Assembly: GCA_044376115.1 (NCBI GenBank)
Contig: JBILLK010000009.1
Coordinates: 1 to 64,000, forward strand
From: Polyangiaceae bacterium
GTDB lineage: Bacteria; Myxococcota_A; Polyangia; Polyangiales; Polyangiaceae
Length of the DNA stretch: 64,000 nucleotides
Direction of reading: 5' to 3'
The translations under genes and the position numbers were made by a program. The notes under the pieces are model-generated. The model did not search any database, was not told the DNA's origin, and saw only the letters and a program-made list of their open reading frames with translations. Position 1 is the stretch's first letter. Every line of letters starts with the position of its first letter. This document shows, in pieces, positions 1 through 9,324 of this stretch.

Positions 1-209
1 GCAATTGCTATGACAACGCCGTAGCCGAATCCTTCTTTGGTAGCCTCAAAAAGGAGTGCATCAGCCGTCACTCCTTCGCCACTCGCACCGAGGTCTATGA
101 CGTAGTTGCGCGCTACATTGACGGCTTTTACAACCCTACCCGCAGACACTCGACCCTTGGCTACGTAAGTCCTCTACGATACGAGCAGCAGGTGAACCTC
201 GCGGCGTGA
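1..209 (+). CDS. IS3-family transposase OrfB (rve/DDE), 3' partial
   Basis: Frame from nt 3: NCYDNAVAESFFGSLKKEC...YIDGFYNPTRRHSTLGYVSP, the IS3 signature; TGA at 207-209. Confidence 0.92.
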   Translation, partial: NCYDNAVAESFFGSLKKECISRHSFATRTEVYDVVARYIDGFYNPTRRHSTLGYVSPLRYEQQVNLAA

Positions 210-246
210 ACCTATATTGACTGTCCGCTAGAGCGTGCCCACTTCA
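1..246 (+). mobile_element. Right end of an IS3-family insertion sequence
   Basis: Transposase C-terminus followed by an IS3-like right end CTGTCCGCTAGAGCGTGCCCACTTCA (221-246) terminating in CA. Confidence 0.85.
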
Positions 247-271
247 TGGGCGTTTCGAGTATTCTCGACAG

Positions 272-1675
272 ATGGCTCGAATTGCGCTCGCTCTCCTGCT
301 CGTGGCCTGCGGTGCGCAGGATTCGCTCGAGGACCAAAGGACCGAAGGCGGAGCGAGCGGAAGCTCGGACTCGACCGTGGTCGGACCGGGCGGTTCCGGG
401 CCTCGACCGGGCGGTTCCGGGCCTCGTCCCGGCGGTTCCGGGCCTGGTCCCGGCGGCTCGGGTCCTGGGTCGGGCGGATTCGGTGGGGCCGGTGGGGCGG
501 AACCCACGTACGTGGTGCAGCTCAGCGCGGGGTTCCACCACACGTGCGCAAGGCTCGATACCGGAGCTGTGCGGTGCTGGGGCGCTGCGGGATCTACCAG
601 TGGCTCGCCGCTGGGCTACGGGAACTTAAACAACATCGGAGACAATGAAACGCCAGCTTCGGCTGGCGATGTCGATGTCGGTGGTCCCGCGGTCGACGTC
701 ACGGCCGGGCTCATTCACACGTGCGCGCGGCTAACGACCGGGGCGGTGCGCTGCTGGGGTAGCGGCCAGGGGGGGCAGTTGGGCTACGGCAACACGCTAG
801 CTATCGGCGACGACGAAACCCCTTCGTCGGCTGGCGATTTGGAACTCGGAGCAACCGCCGCCAATGTATCGGCTGGTGGGTACCACAGCTGCGCCTTGCT
901 CGCGGCCGGCAACGTACGCTGTTGGGGTCACGCGAACGCCAACGGGCACCCCAACGTGATCGGCGACGACGAGACGCCCGGGTCTGTCGGCGACGTCCTC
1001 GTCGGTGGCACGGTGATGCAGGTGGTGACGGGTTGGGATCACTCCTGCGCCCTCATGTCGACTGGTAATGTTAGGTGCTGGGGCGAGGGTTTTTTCGGCA
1101 CGCTTGGGTATGCGAATCAAAACACCATCGGTGACGATGAAACGCCGGCTTCCGCGGGCGACCTTGATCTCGGTGGCGCAGCGGTTCAGATTGTGACGCA
1201 AGCCAGTCACACGTGTGCCCTCTTGACCTCTGGTGAGGTTCGGTGCTGGGGCACCGGCACCTTCAATAGGCTGGGCTACGGCAACACAAACACCATCGGG
1301 GACGACGAGACGCCCGCGTCCGCTGGCAGCGTCGATGTCGGCGGCGCCGTGGTTCAGCTCGCGGCCGGCCAAACTCACACGTGCGCGCTGCTCGTTACGG
1401 GTGCCGTGCGGTGTTGGGGCTACGGACCTTATGGCCAGCTCGGTTACCCGAACACGACGGAGGTCCTCGGCGTTCCGGCGTCCGCCGGTGATGTCGATGT
1501 CGGCGGCCCGGTATCTCAAATTGTCGCGGGCTACAACCACACCTGCGCTCTGCTCCAATCCGGTGACGTGCGCTGCTGGGGCTCCGGCTATGGTGGCAAG
1601 CTCGGCTACGGAAACACCGAGCACATCGGCATCTACGAAACGCCGGCCTCCGCCGGAAGTGTCCAGGTCCTGTAG
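272..1675 (+). CDS. RCC1/BLIP-II repeat beta-propeller lipoprotein
   Basis: Lipobox LVAC, Gly/Pro linker, seven repeats of HTCA-x5-G-x-VRCWG-x-LGY. Confidence 0.92.
   Translation: MARIALALLLVACGAQDSLEDQRTEGGASGSSDSTVVGPGGSGPRPGGSGPRPGGSGPGPGGSGPGSGGFGGAGGAEPTYVVQLSAGFHHTCARLDTGAVRCWGAAGSTSGSPLGYGNLNNIGDNETPASAGDVDVGGPAVDVTAGLIHTCARLTTGAVRCWGSGQGGQLGYGNTLAIGDDETPSSAGDLELGATAANVSAGGYHSCALLAAGNVRCWGHANANGHPNVIGDDETPGSVGDVLVGGTVMQVVTGWDHSCALMSTGNVRCWGEGFFGTLGYANQNTIGDDETPASAGDLDLGGAAVQIVTQASHTCALLTSGEVRCWGTGTFNRLGYGNTNTIGDDETPASAGSVDVGGAVVQLAAGQTHTCALLVTGAVRCWGYGPYGQLGYPNTTEVLGVPASAGDVDVGGPVSQIVAGYNHTCALLQSGDVRCWGSGYGGKLGYGNTEHIGIYETPASAGSVQVL
383..469 (+). repeat. 21-bp tandem repeat encoding a GGSGP(R/G)P linker
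   Basis: About 4 copies of GGCGGTTCCGGGCCTCGACCG-like units. Confidence 0.8.
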
Positions 1676-1720
1676 CCCGCTGCGACTGCGCGGTCCGCGG
1701 GTCGCGGCGTCTGTCTCTGA

Positions 1721-1775
1721 CTTCCATCGCCCGGGCCGATGGCCGTAGCGAACGACTACGTCTTCTACGCAGGCC
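1721..1775 (+). pseudogene. Remnant C-terminus of a third paralog of the 3083/4366 lipoproteins
   Basis: Reads LPSPGPMAVANDYVFYAG versus LPEPGPIAVSANYVFYASG in both paralogs; in-frame TGA immediately upstream (1718-1720). Confidence 0.6.
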
Positions 1776-1805
1776 TCGACCCCCGAGAGGTTCAGCTACC
1801 TACGC

Positions 1806-2006
1806 GCGACATTGGGGCGTGCGATAAACCATCGTCAGGCCCAATGTCACCTTGCGCATCCGGTGCGGTCGGGGGCCCGCCGACGCGGGCTTCGGCCCTG
1901 CGCGGTTCCGCTAGAAAATGCAGCGAGGTTCGTCCCCAGCGTTGGATGCCGACCGGAGGCTGCGACATTGGGGCATGCGATAAACCATCGTCAGGCCCAA
2001 TGTCGC
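1806..2006. repeat. Double-hairpin intergenic element, copy A
   Basis: Units 1806-1850 and 1962-2006: GCGACATTGGGGCRTGCGATAAACCATCGTCAGGCCCAATGTCRC, period 156 bp. Confidence 0.85.
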
Positions 2007-2100
2007 CTTGAGCGTTGTTGAGCGGACGGCTCGACCGTGATGCCGGATCTCGTCTCAGGCCGGCCAGCGCAAAGCGCCCTGTCCGAGCTGCTAGCTTGGC

Positions 2101-2346
2101 TCAATCCATGGCCTTCTTCCCAAGCTCCACCGGCTCTTCATAAAGCTCGTTGGCCTCGGTGTTCGCAGCGCGCGCTTGCGCAACCAAGGGGTCTGCGGCT
2201 TTCCCGTCGAACTTCGGCTTGGACAGAACGGTGCACATCTTGCGGCATAAACCGGCTAGCTCAATCTCCTTCTCATTGTGTTTCAGCCTCGCCTCGACGT
2301 AGCGCGCATACTCCTTCCGAAGCTTCAGCCTTGAGGCTTTGACCAA
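2101..2346 (-). CDS. Small helical hypothetical protein or gene fragment
   Basis: Protein-like Lys/Glu/Ala-rich composition and GC3-biased codons; weak TTG start. Confidence 0.4.
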   Translation of the reverse strand: MVKASRLKLRKEYARYVEARLKHNEKEIELAGLCRKMCTVLSKPKFDGKAADPLVAQARAANTEANELYEEPVELGKKAMD

Positions 2347-2410
2347 GCGCGCCGCCGTCGAGTGGGTCGTCGCGCGGGCACCGAGCGAAGTGGCTGCAGG
2401 GCTTCCGCGT

Positions 2411-2968
2411 TCAGGGCTTGACGGGCGCTGCGGCGCTCGAACTTGCGGCGGCGCTTGAGCTCGCGCTGGTCGCAGCCGTGGGACGGACGCCTAGCGCGAA
2501 CTCCGGAAACAGGACGCCCTCCGCGTCTGCGCGCAGCGTCTCATGGAGCGCCGTGATTTCTCGATAGGGGAGGTCCCTATCCGCGTAAATCACGACGGCG
2601 GTCTCCTTAGGGTGGCGCGTCTTCAACGTTCGCGCGCAGCGCTTGAGGGCCTGGAGATCGACGGCGCCCTGCGCGTCGCGGCGGAAGGTGACGCCGTCCC
2701 CCATGCCTACGCAATCCGCCCGCAGCGCGCGCCCCGCGGTGAGCACCGTGATGCCGGCGGGACTAACCTCCACACTCAAGGCGAGGGGTCCAGGGTTCGG
2801 CGCGATCGGCGCGGACAAAGCCACTTGCCGCTGCGAGCCCGCGGCCGACCCGGCCGATAGCGGAGGCGGTAGCGTCACCGCGACAGAGCTCGTACTCGAA
2901 GCGTCCCCCGAGCCACACGACGCTAACGCGATCAGGAAGGTCGACGCGAGCGAGTTAAGCTGCCTCAT
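2411..2968 (-). CDS. Lipoprotein with ExbD/TolR-like periplasmic domain
   Basis: Lipobox LASC; KETAVVIYADRDLPYREITALHETLR...LFP resembles the ExbD/TolR (AglS-like) C-terminal domain. Confidence 0.7.
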   Translation of the reverse strand: MRQLNSLASTFLIALASCGSGDASSTSSVAVTLPPPLSAGSAAGSQRQVALSAPIAPNPGPLALSVEVSPAGITVLTAGRALRADCVGMGDGVTFRRDAQGAVDLQALKRCARTLKTRHPKETAVVIYADRDLPYREITALHETLRADAEGVLFPEFALGVRPTAATSASSSAAASSSAAAPVKP

Positions 2969-3082
2969 GCCCGCCGAGCCTAGTGCAGCGCCGCTCCCAA
3001 GGCACGATCGAGCGGCGCTGTTCAAGCAGCCTGGCCGCCGCGAGGTCCGCGCGCAGTGGGCGGTTCATGCTAGAGATGCGGC

Positions 3083-4369
3083 ATGGCTTACGCGTGGAAG
3101 CTCATGGCGCTAACGATGCTCAGCTCGGGTTGCGTGGTCTTGCGCGGCTGTGATGACAGCGCCGGTAGCGGTGGTGCAGCGGCTGGTGGTGCTGCGGCTG
3201 GCGGCGGAGCTGGCGGTGAACCGGCTGGTGGAGCTGCGGCTGGCGGCGGTGGAGCTGCGTCTGGCGGCGGCGGTGCGTCTGGCGGCGGAGGAGCCGGCGG
3301 TGGACCGACGGTCTGCCAAGGAGACGACGACTGTGAAGGAGCGCTGTGCGTCGCTGGCGTCTGTCAGGGGAAGGCGTTTGCGACGGTTGCCGCCAATGTA
3401 GACATCCCGCTGATCGGGGTTGGTGGCAACCAGGTCGCCTTCCTGATTCAGGCGGGCCCTGCCTCCAACCCGCTGGTCTGCAGCCTGGCGCAAACCGAGG
3501 ATGACGTCTCCAGCTGTCAGAACGTGCAAGATTGCGACTGCGCCCTCGCGGCCAGCCCTTCGTGGGGTCCTGGATTGGGCACCCACCTCGCCGTCTCTCC
3601 AATGGGGGTGGCCTACTACTCGCCACAAGTGGCGAACACCTCGAACCCTGTATTCGAATGTGTGGCGGGGGTCTGCGTACCGGGCCCGTTCGTGCCCGGT
3701 CCGCCGCAGCACTTGAACGGGCTGACCTTCATCGACAACGAGCTATGGGGTGTGAAGCCTGGGTCGAGTCAGCTGGTGCGCTTCCAAGCGCCCGCGGGTC
3801 AGCTCATGGGCGCTGAGATCGTGGGGAGCTTGCCGAGCACGGCTGGACACGCCCTGGCTGCTTCCTCCTCGATGTCGGGGATGCTGGCCGCCTCAACACA
3901 CGGGGACGTTGCGAACCCGGCTTCGGTGTTCCTGATACCAGACCTGGTGGACGATCTTGAGCTCGTGGAGGTCGCTCGCCTCGCCCCAACCGAGAACATC
4001 GTTGGGCTGGTGTTGCCCCGCGAGCTGCCGTTCTTCCGCGCGCGGAACCAGACTGGCCTGCACAAGACGTATCGTGTCGGTCCACCGCCTCAAGACGGCG
4101 AGCCGCAAAAGCCCATTGAGGTCTTCGCGCCCGCCGAAGCTGGCCTTGACGGTGGTCCGGCGCTGGCCGCGGACGCAAACTTTCTCTACTTCTTCGGCGT
4201 GGGCGCAGCAGGCTTAGTGCGCCTGCTGCGCTGCCCGGCGCAATTCAACGCCACCCTCGCGCAATGCCAAGCCGTCTCCGCCGATCTGCCGGAGCCTGGG
4301 CCCATCGCTGTTAGCGCCAACTACGTCTTCTACGCGAGTGGAGAGACGCTCTACCGCGCCGTGAAGTGA
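3083..4369 (+). CDS. Hypothetical lipoprotein, tandem paralog 1 (Gly-rich linker, Cys-rich motif, propeller-like body)
   Basis: 428-aa ORF, signal/lipobox, strongly similar to the next gene. Confidence 0.85.
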   Translation: MAYAWKLMALTMLSSGCVVLRGCDDSAGSGGAAAGGAAAGGGAGGEPAGGAAAGGGGAASGGGGASGGGGAGGGPTVCQGDDDCEGALCVAGVCQGKAFATVAANVDIPLIGVGGNQVAFLIQAGPASNPLVCSLAQTEDDVSSCQNVQDCDCALAASPSWGPGLGTHLAVSPMGVAYYSPQVANTSNPVFECVAGVCVPGPFVPGPPQHLNGLTFIDNELWGVKPGSSQLVRFQAPAGQLMGAEIVGSLPSTAGHALAASSSMSGMLAASTHGDVANPASVFLIPDLVDDLELVEVARLAPTENIVGLVLPRELPFFRARNQTGLHKTYRVGPPPQDGEPQKPIEVFAPAEAGLDGGPALAADANFLYFFGVGAAGLVRLLRCPAQFNATLAQCQAVSADLPEPGPIAVSANYVFYASGETLYRAVK

Positions 4370-5700
4370 TGCGAGGCCCAGCAACGGTGATGCGGCTTGG
4401 TTGTGAACGGCGGGCCCGCCTGGGCAGACTGGTGCCGTTGCTCGCGGGGTGCGCCGTATTAGCCGGCTGCGGTCTGCTGTTTGACACAGCGAAGTTCCGC
4501 GAAGGCAGCGGCTCGGACGGAGGCGGCGGTGGAGGTGGAGGTACCGCGGCCGCAACGGGAGCTGGTGGCGAGGGTGGAGCCGTGGGCGGAGCCGGAGCCG
4601 GCGGCGCAGGTTCCGAAGGCGGTGCCGGTGGCGGGATGGCGGGCTGCGCAGGTCCAGCGGACTGTGAAGGAGCGATGTGCATCGGCGGAGTCTGTCAGGG
4701 CGTTGCGTTTGCGAAGGTAGACGTCGACGTGGACATCCCGCTGATCGGCGTCGGAGGCGATCAGGTCGCTTTCCTGCTTCAGGTCGGACCGACGTCCAAT
4801 CCGTTGGTCTGCACCAAACCCCAAACCGCTGACGATGTTGCTGCTTGCCCGAGCTCCGATTGTGTTTGCGCTCTCGCAGCCAGCCCGCAGTGGGGGCCTG
4901 GCTTGGGCTCCCATCTGGCCGTGTCCCCAACCGGGGCGGCCTACTACTCGCCACAAGCGTCGAACACCTCGAACCCCGTGTTCGAATGCGAAGCCGGCGA
5001 CTGTGTGCTCGGCCCGTTCGTGCCCGGTCCGCCGGAGCACTTGAACGGGCTGACCTTCATCGACAGCGAGCTGTGGGGCGTGAAGCCAGGGTCGGGCCAG
5101 TTGGTGCGCTTCCAAGCGCCAGCGGGTGAGCTCATGGGCGCTGAGATCGTGGGCAGCTTGCCGAGCACGCTTGGCCGCGACCTGGCTGCTTCCTCGTCGA
5201 TACCGGGCCTGCTGGCCGCCGCAACGTTCGGAGGCGATGAGGCGGCTGCGGTGTTTCTTATTCCGGAGCTCAGCTCCGGGGTTCAGCCTATGGAGGTTGC
5301 CCGCCTCGCCCCAACCGAGAACATCGTTGGGCTGGTGTTGCCGGGCGAACTCCCGTTCTTCCGCGTCAGCGACCAGATGACTGGCGTGCACAAGACGTAT
5401 CGTGTGGGTCCACCGCCGATAGATGGGATGCCCCAACCACCCATCGAGGTGTACGCCTCATCGTTGAGCGGTGTCGACGGCGGTCCGGCGCTAGCCGCGG
5501 ACGCAAACTTTCTCTACTTCTTCGGCGCGGGCGCCAGCGGCGGGGCGCGTTTGCTGCGTTGCCCGGTGCAGCGCAGCAGCTTCAGCGTTGAGGAATGCCA
5601 AGGCGTCTCCGCCGATCTACCCGAGCCCGGGCCCATCGCTGTGAGCGCCAACTACGTCTTCTACGCGAGTGGAGAGACGCTCTACCGCGCCGTGAAGTGA
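4366..5700 (+). CDS. Hypothetical lipoprotein, tandem paralog 2
   Basis: Lipobox LAGC; same C-terminus as paralog 1 (ANYVFYASGETLYRAVK); exact start uncertain. Confidence 0.85.
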   Translation: MMRGPATVMRLGCERRARLGRLVPLLAGCAVLAGCGLLFDTAKFREGSGSDGGGGGGGGTAAATGAGGEGGAVGGAGAGGAGSEGGAGGGMAGCAGPADCEGAMCIGGVCQGVAFAKVDVDVDIPLIGVGGDQVAFLLQVGPTSNPLVCTKPQTADDVAACPSSDCVCALAASPQWGPGLGSHLAVSPTGAAYYSPQASNTSNPVFECEAGDCVLGPFVPGPPEHLNGLTFIDSELWGVKPGSGQLVRFQAPAGELMGAEIVGSLPSTLGRDLAASSSIPGLLAAATFGGDEAAAVFLIPELSSGVQPMEVARLAPTENIVGLVLPGELPFFRVSDQMTGVHKTYRVGPPPIDGMPQPPIEVYASSLSGVDGGPALAADANFLYFFGAGASGGARLLRCPVQRSSFSVEECQGVSADLPEPGPIAVSANYVFYASGETLYRAVK

Positions 5701-5769
5701 GGCGCGGTAGAGCGACAGACGAGCGGGTTGCGGGGTGGCCCTCTCGTCGCGTGCTAGCTTTGCTGCTCG

Positions 5770-7008
5770 ATGGCTGAGCATCATGACCGCGCGCCGCGCT
5801 TTCGTTTGCTGAGCTTGTTCGCCGCGCCCGATCCGGAGGCATTGCACGCCGATTGGGATCCGGCGCTCGTCTTTCGCGTGATGTTCATCGCGGACTTTCG
5901 CGGGGAGCCTGATGCCCGACCACTGGTTGATCGCAAGCCGGTAACGCTCGATCCGCGCGGTTTCGATGCGACGCTTGCGCTCGACTATCAGCGGCGCACC
6001 CTCGGCGTGAAGGCGCGTTCGTTGGCCGAGCTGCGCGCGTCCAACGAGGCCTCGCGCGAGTCGTTCCACGCAGCCGATTGGCTGGCCCGCAGCGGCTCGC
6101 CGATGGTGGTCGAGGTAGTGAACGCTAGCGCGCAAGACCTGCTGTTCGAACTCACCGATGCACCGCACTTCCAGTCCTCCTGGGTGCGCGCGCTGTTCAA
6201 CGATCGCAACCACGCGGCGATGGAACCGCGGCATCTCTTGGTGCTCGGCTTCGAGCTCGACCCGGAGGTGGACGGCGCGCTGATCGAACATCTCGGTCTG
6301 CAGGCGGAGCAGCACGCGATCCCGGTGCTGGTGCCAACCTCCTGCTCGCTCGAAGGGCCGGAGTCGGAGGCGGTCAAGGCGATGCGCGCGTGCTCATGGG
6401 CTCGCTGGCTCACCTTCTGCGCGGGGAACTTTCGAACCCCCGCGAACACGCGTGCTTCCAGTGCGCTGTTGATCGCACAAAAGGCGGCCTCGATCCTGGG
6501 CGCGACCGGCGGCGGACTGGGGCTGTGGGGCCGCATGCGCGAAGGAACGTTGCTGGGTGCAACTCCGGAGCAAGCTCGGCTCGCGTGGGAACGCGGCATC
6601 CTCGCTCCGACGATGCGAGAGGACGGCAGCGCCGAGCTGCTCGATGACGCTACCTTCTCCTCGCACGCGGGCACGCGGCGGTCGCTCTCGTGGCTGCTCT
6701 TGGTCCAACGCTTTACGCGCGAGGCGAGGCTGATTCACTTTCAGTACGTTGGGCTCACGCGCGCGGAAGGCTGGAGCGCCGAGCGTTTGGCCGCCTTCCT
6801 CGAGAGCCAGCTCAAGAAGCGCTTTGCTGCTGCGAAGGGCCTCGCCTTCGCGCTCGAAGGAGCGAGCTGGGAGGTGGCGCCGACGAGCACCGACTACCTA
6901 GGCAGCGACGGCTGTCTGCGCTTCGACCTGCGGCTCTCGGTGGACGCGCTCGAGGGCGAGCCGATCACGCACGTCGAGCCGCTGCTGTTGCATTTCAGTT
7001 TTGGCTGA
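5770..7008 (+). CDS. Degenerate T6SS contractile sheath TssB-TssC (VipA-VipB)-like fusion protein
   Basis: N-term FRVMFIADFRGEPDARPLVDRKPVTLDPRGFD is TssB-like; PHFQSSW, WARWLTFCAGNF and SLSWLLLVQRFTREARLI follow the TssC motif order. Confidence 0.65.
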   Translation: MAEHHDRAPRFRLLSLFAAPDPEALHADWDPALVFRVMFIADFRGEPDARPLVDRKPVTLDPRGFDATLALDYQRRTLGVKARSLAELRASNEASRESFHAADWLARSGSPMVVEVVNASAQDLLFELTDAPHFQSSWVRALFNDRNHAAMEPRHLLVLGFELDPEVDGALIEHLGLQAEQHAIPVLVPTSCSLEGPESEAVKAMRACSWARWLTFCAGNFRTPANTRASSALLIAQKAASILGATGGGLGLWGRMREGTLLGATPEQARLAWERGILAPTMREDGSAELLDDATFSSHAGTRRSLSWLLLVQRFTREARLIHFQYVGLTRAEGWSAERLAAFLESQLKKRFAAAKGLAFALEGASWEVAPTSTDYLGSDGCLRFDLRLSVDALEGEPITHVEPLLLHFSFG

Positions 7009-7087
7009 GGAGGGGGGCCGAGTGCCGCCAAATCCTCGTCGGTATCAATCGATTCCTCTGTGTCGAGGTACTAGAGGTCTTGCTGCG

Positions 7088-9229
7088 ATGAACGGGTTGA
7101 TTGGCCGCGATCAGGAACTGGCGTTGTGTCTCGAGCAGCTGCGGCGTCCGCGCGCCTTGGTGGTGCTGTTCGGCCCGCCGGGCGTTGGTAAGACGGCGCT
7201 GGCCGAGCAGGTGGTCTGCGAACTCGAACGGCGCGGGCAGGCGGTGGTGCGCAAACCCCAACGCGCCGCGACCGCGCGGGCCAGCGTGCTTTGGCTCGAT
7301 GAACCGACGCGGGAGAAGGCGCTCTCGAGCGTGCGGCAGCACGCGGGCGCAACGCTGCTCAGCCGACGCACTCGGCTCGGGCTCGCGCAGGAGGTGTTGG
7401 TGCCGTTACGTCCTTGGCTCGCTGCGGGCGGAGGAGAAGCGTTGCAGTTCCTGCTCGCACGGAGCCGCGCTCTTTCGCTGAGCATCGCTGCGGAGGACCA
7501 TGCGGTGCTGGAGCAGATCGCGGCTTGGCTCGGGGGATTGCCGGCAAACCTCGAGTTGGCGGTGCACGCCTTGCGGACGCATTCGCCAGGCCAGCTCTTG
7601 AGCCGGCTCGAGTCGGAGCACGGGCGTCTTGCGTTGGCCCGCGCGCTTGATTTACCGGCCGAACACCGCTCGACACAACGTTTGGCGGCAGCTGCTTTGG
7701 GCGCATTGTCAAAGGCCGCACGTCGAAGCGTCACGGCGCTCGCGTACCTGTCCCAGCCCTTCTCGCGCGCGCAGGCCGAGCAGGTGCTTGGGGACGCAGA
7801 CAGCGTTGAGGCGCTGCTCGAGGAGCTGATGGACTGCGGCCTGTGTGTGACGACGCAACGTGACGCAGCGCTTTGGTTTGCGCTGCATCCGTACCTCTTG
7901 GCCAGCGCGCAACACGGCCCGCTGGCGATGCCAGCGCTGCTGAACGTGGTGAAGCTCTTGGCCCAGGCGAGCGAGCGAACGGCGGCGGGCGAGGATGAAC
8001 TCGCACGGCTCGCGGCGCTGGCCGGCCACAGCGCGTTCAAATCTCCGCGAACGTTGGAGGCTCGTTTGGAGCTCGGGTGCGTGCGTGCCGGGGCGCTCTA
8101 CCGCTTGGGGCGGCTGCGTGAAGCGGCGGACGCTCTACCGCCCGTGAGCGCGATGCAAACGGCTCCGCGGAGCTCTCGCGCTGCGGCCAAGGCGCTGCAG
8201 ACGGTGGCGGTGATCGAGCGCAAAGCCCGTCGCTTCGAGGCCGCGCGACAATGCGCCGTGGCCGCGTCTGCGCGCTGGTCTGCGCTCGATCCAAAGGAAG
8301 CCTTGTTCGCCGACGGTGCCCTGGCCTCGATCGAACTCGAACGCGGCGAGTGGTCTCTGGCCGAGCAGCTGTTTAGTGACATTTTGCGTCGGGCGCGTGA
8401 GTACGGCCTGCCTCGCTATGCGTGCTTGGCGCGCGGTGGCATGGGTCACACAAGTCAGGAGGCTGGCAAGTACGCTGAGGCGCAAACGCATTATCGCGCC
8501 GCGTACGAAGGCTTTGCGGCGCAGCAGGACCAACGTTTGGCGGCCGTTTACCTCGGCTACGAAGGCACGGCGCTCGAGGAGCAAGGCCTGTTCGAGCGCG
8601 CGCTCGAGCTGTACCGGAAGGCGATCCCAGCGCTCTCGGCGGCGGGGGCCAACGACTTCGCGTCGCTCTTTGGGGCCTGCGCTCGCGCGCTCGCGGCGGA
8701 GCTTGGTGAGCCTGTTCCGCACAGCGAGCCGGCGTCTTCTTTCGATGACCCAGCGCTTCTCGCTGCCGTGCGTCTGCATCAGCTGCGCGCCGAGCTCGCT
8801 ACTCCGCGTGCAGCGGCGCTGACAGCCGATACCCATTTGCGCGATGTCTCCGACGACGTGCGCTTTGCGTTGCGCCGTCTCGCGCGCGCCCGGGCGGCAC
8901 AACGTCAGGATGGCGTGCGGCTTTGCGTAGGCGACGGCAGCTTCACGCTCGAGGGCCAAGCCAGCGTGGATCTGCGCTCGCGTCGCGTGTTGTGGCGGCT
9001 GTTCGAGCGCATCCTTGCGGCGCACCTCGAGTCTCCAGGGCGCGCTGTTTCCTCGGCAGACCTCGCGCGGGCCGCCTGGGGCGATGAACGAATGCTCGAG
9101 CGTGCGCGGGCGCATCGCTTGCGCGTCGCGCTCTCCGAGCTGCGCAAACGAGGTCTGGCGGAGATCTTGTTGCGTACGCCTGCGGGCCTCAGCTTGGCCG
9201 AGCACGTGGTCGTGGTCTGGGGCGGCTGA
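7088..9229 (+). CDS. ATPase (STAND-like)-TPR-winged-helix transcriptional regulator
   Basis: Walker A GPPGVGKT, Walker B VLWLDE, TPR helices, C-terminal wHTH (LARAAWG...RLRVALSELRK). Confidence 0.8.
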   Translation: MNGLIGRDQELALCLEQLRRPRALVVLFGPPGVGKTALAEQVVCELERRGQAVVRKPQRAATARASVLWLDEPTREKALSSVRQHAGATLLSRRTRLGLAQEVLVPLRPWLAAGGGEALQFLLARSRALSLSIAAEDHAVLEQIAAWLGGLPANLELAVHALRTHSPGQLLSRLESEHGRLALARALDLPAEHRSTQRLAAAALGALSKAARRSVTALAYLSQPFSRAQAEQVLGDADSVEALLEELMDCGLCVTTQRDAALWFALHPYLLASAQHGPLAMPALLNVVKLLAQASERTAAGEDELARLAALAGHSAFKSPRTLEARLELGCVRAGALYRLGRLREAADALPPVSAMQTAPRSSRAAAKALQTVAVIERKARRFEAARQCAVAASARWSALDPKEALFADGALASIELERGEWSLAEQLFSDILRRAREYGLPRYACLARGGMGHTSQEAGKYAEAQTHYRAAYEGFAAQQDQRLAAVYLGYEGTALEEQGLFERALELYRKAIPALSAAGANDFASLFGACARALAAELGEPVPHSEPASSFDDPALLAAVRLHQLRAELATPRAAALTADTHLRDVSDDVRFALRRLARARAAQRQDGVRLCVGDGSFTLEGQASVDLRSRRVLWRLFERILAAHLESPGRAVSSADLARAAWGDERMLERARAHRLRVALSELRKRGLAEILLRTPAGLSLAEHVVVVWGG

Positions 9230-9261
9230 CCCAAGTGCCAGCGAGCCAACGCGGGTCTGTG

Positions 9262-9291
9262 TTGGATGCGCATTTGATGCTCGTTTGATGC
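9262..9291 (+). promoter_or_regulatory. Three 8-bp direct repeats at 11-bp period, probable wHTH regulator site
   Basis: TTGGATGC 9262, TTTGATGC 9273, TTTGATGC 9284. Confidence 0.55.
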
Positions 9292-9324
9292 GCTCACTTC
9301 GCCGGGCGGAACTATCCAATCGCT

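Noticed and set aside
1806..2006. Mini-CRISPR array
   Set aside because: Only two units per locus, 111-bp spacers that are homologous between loci, and no cas genes in the window
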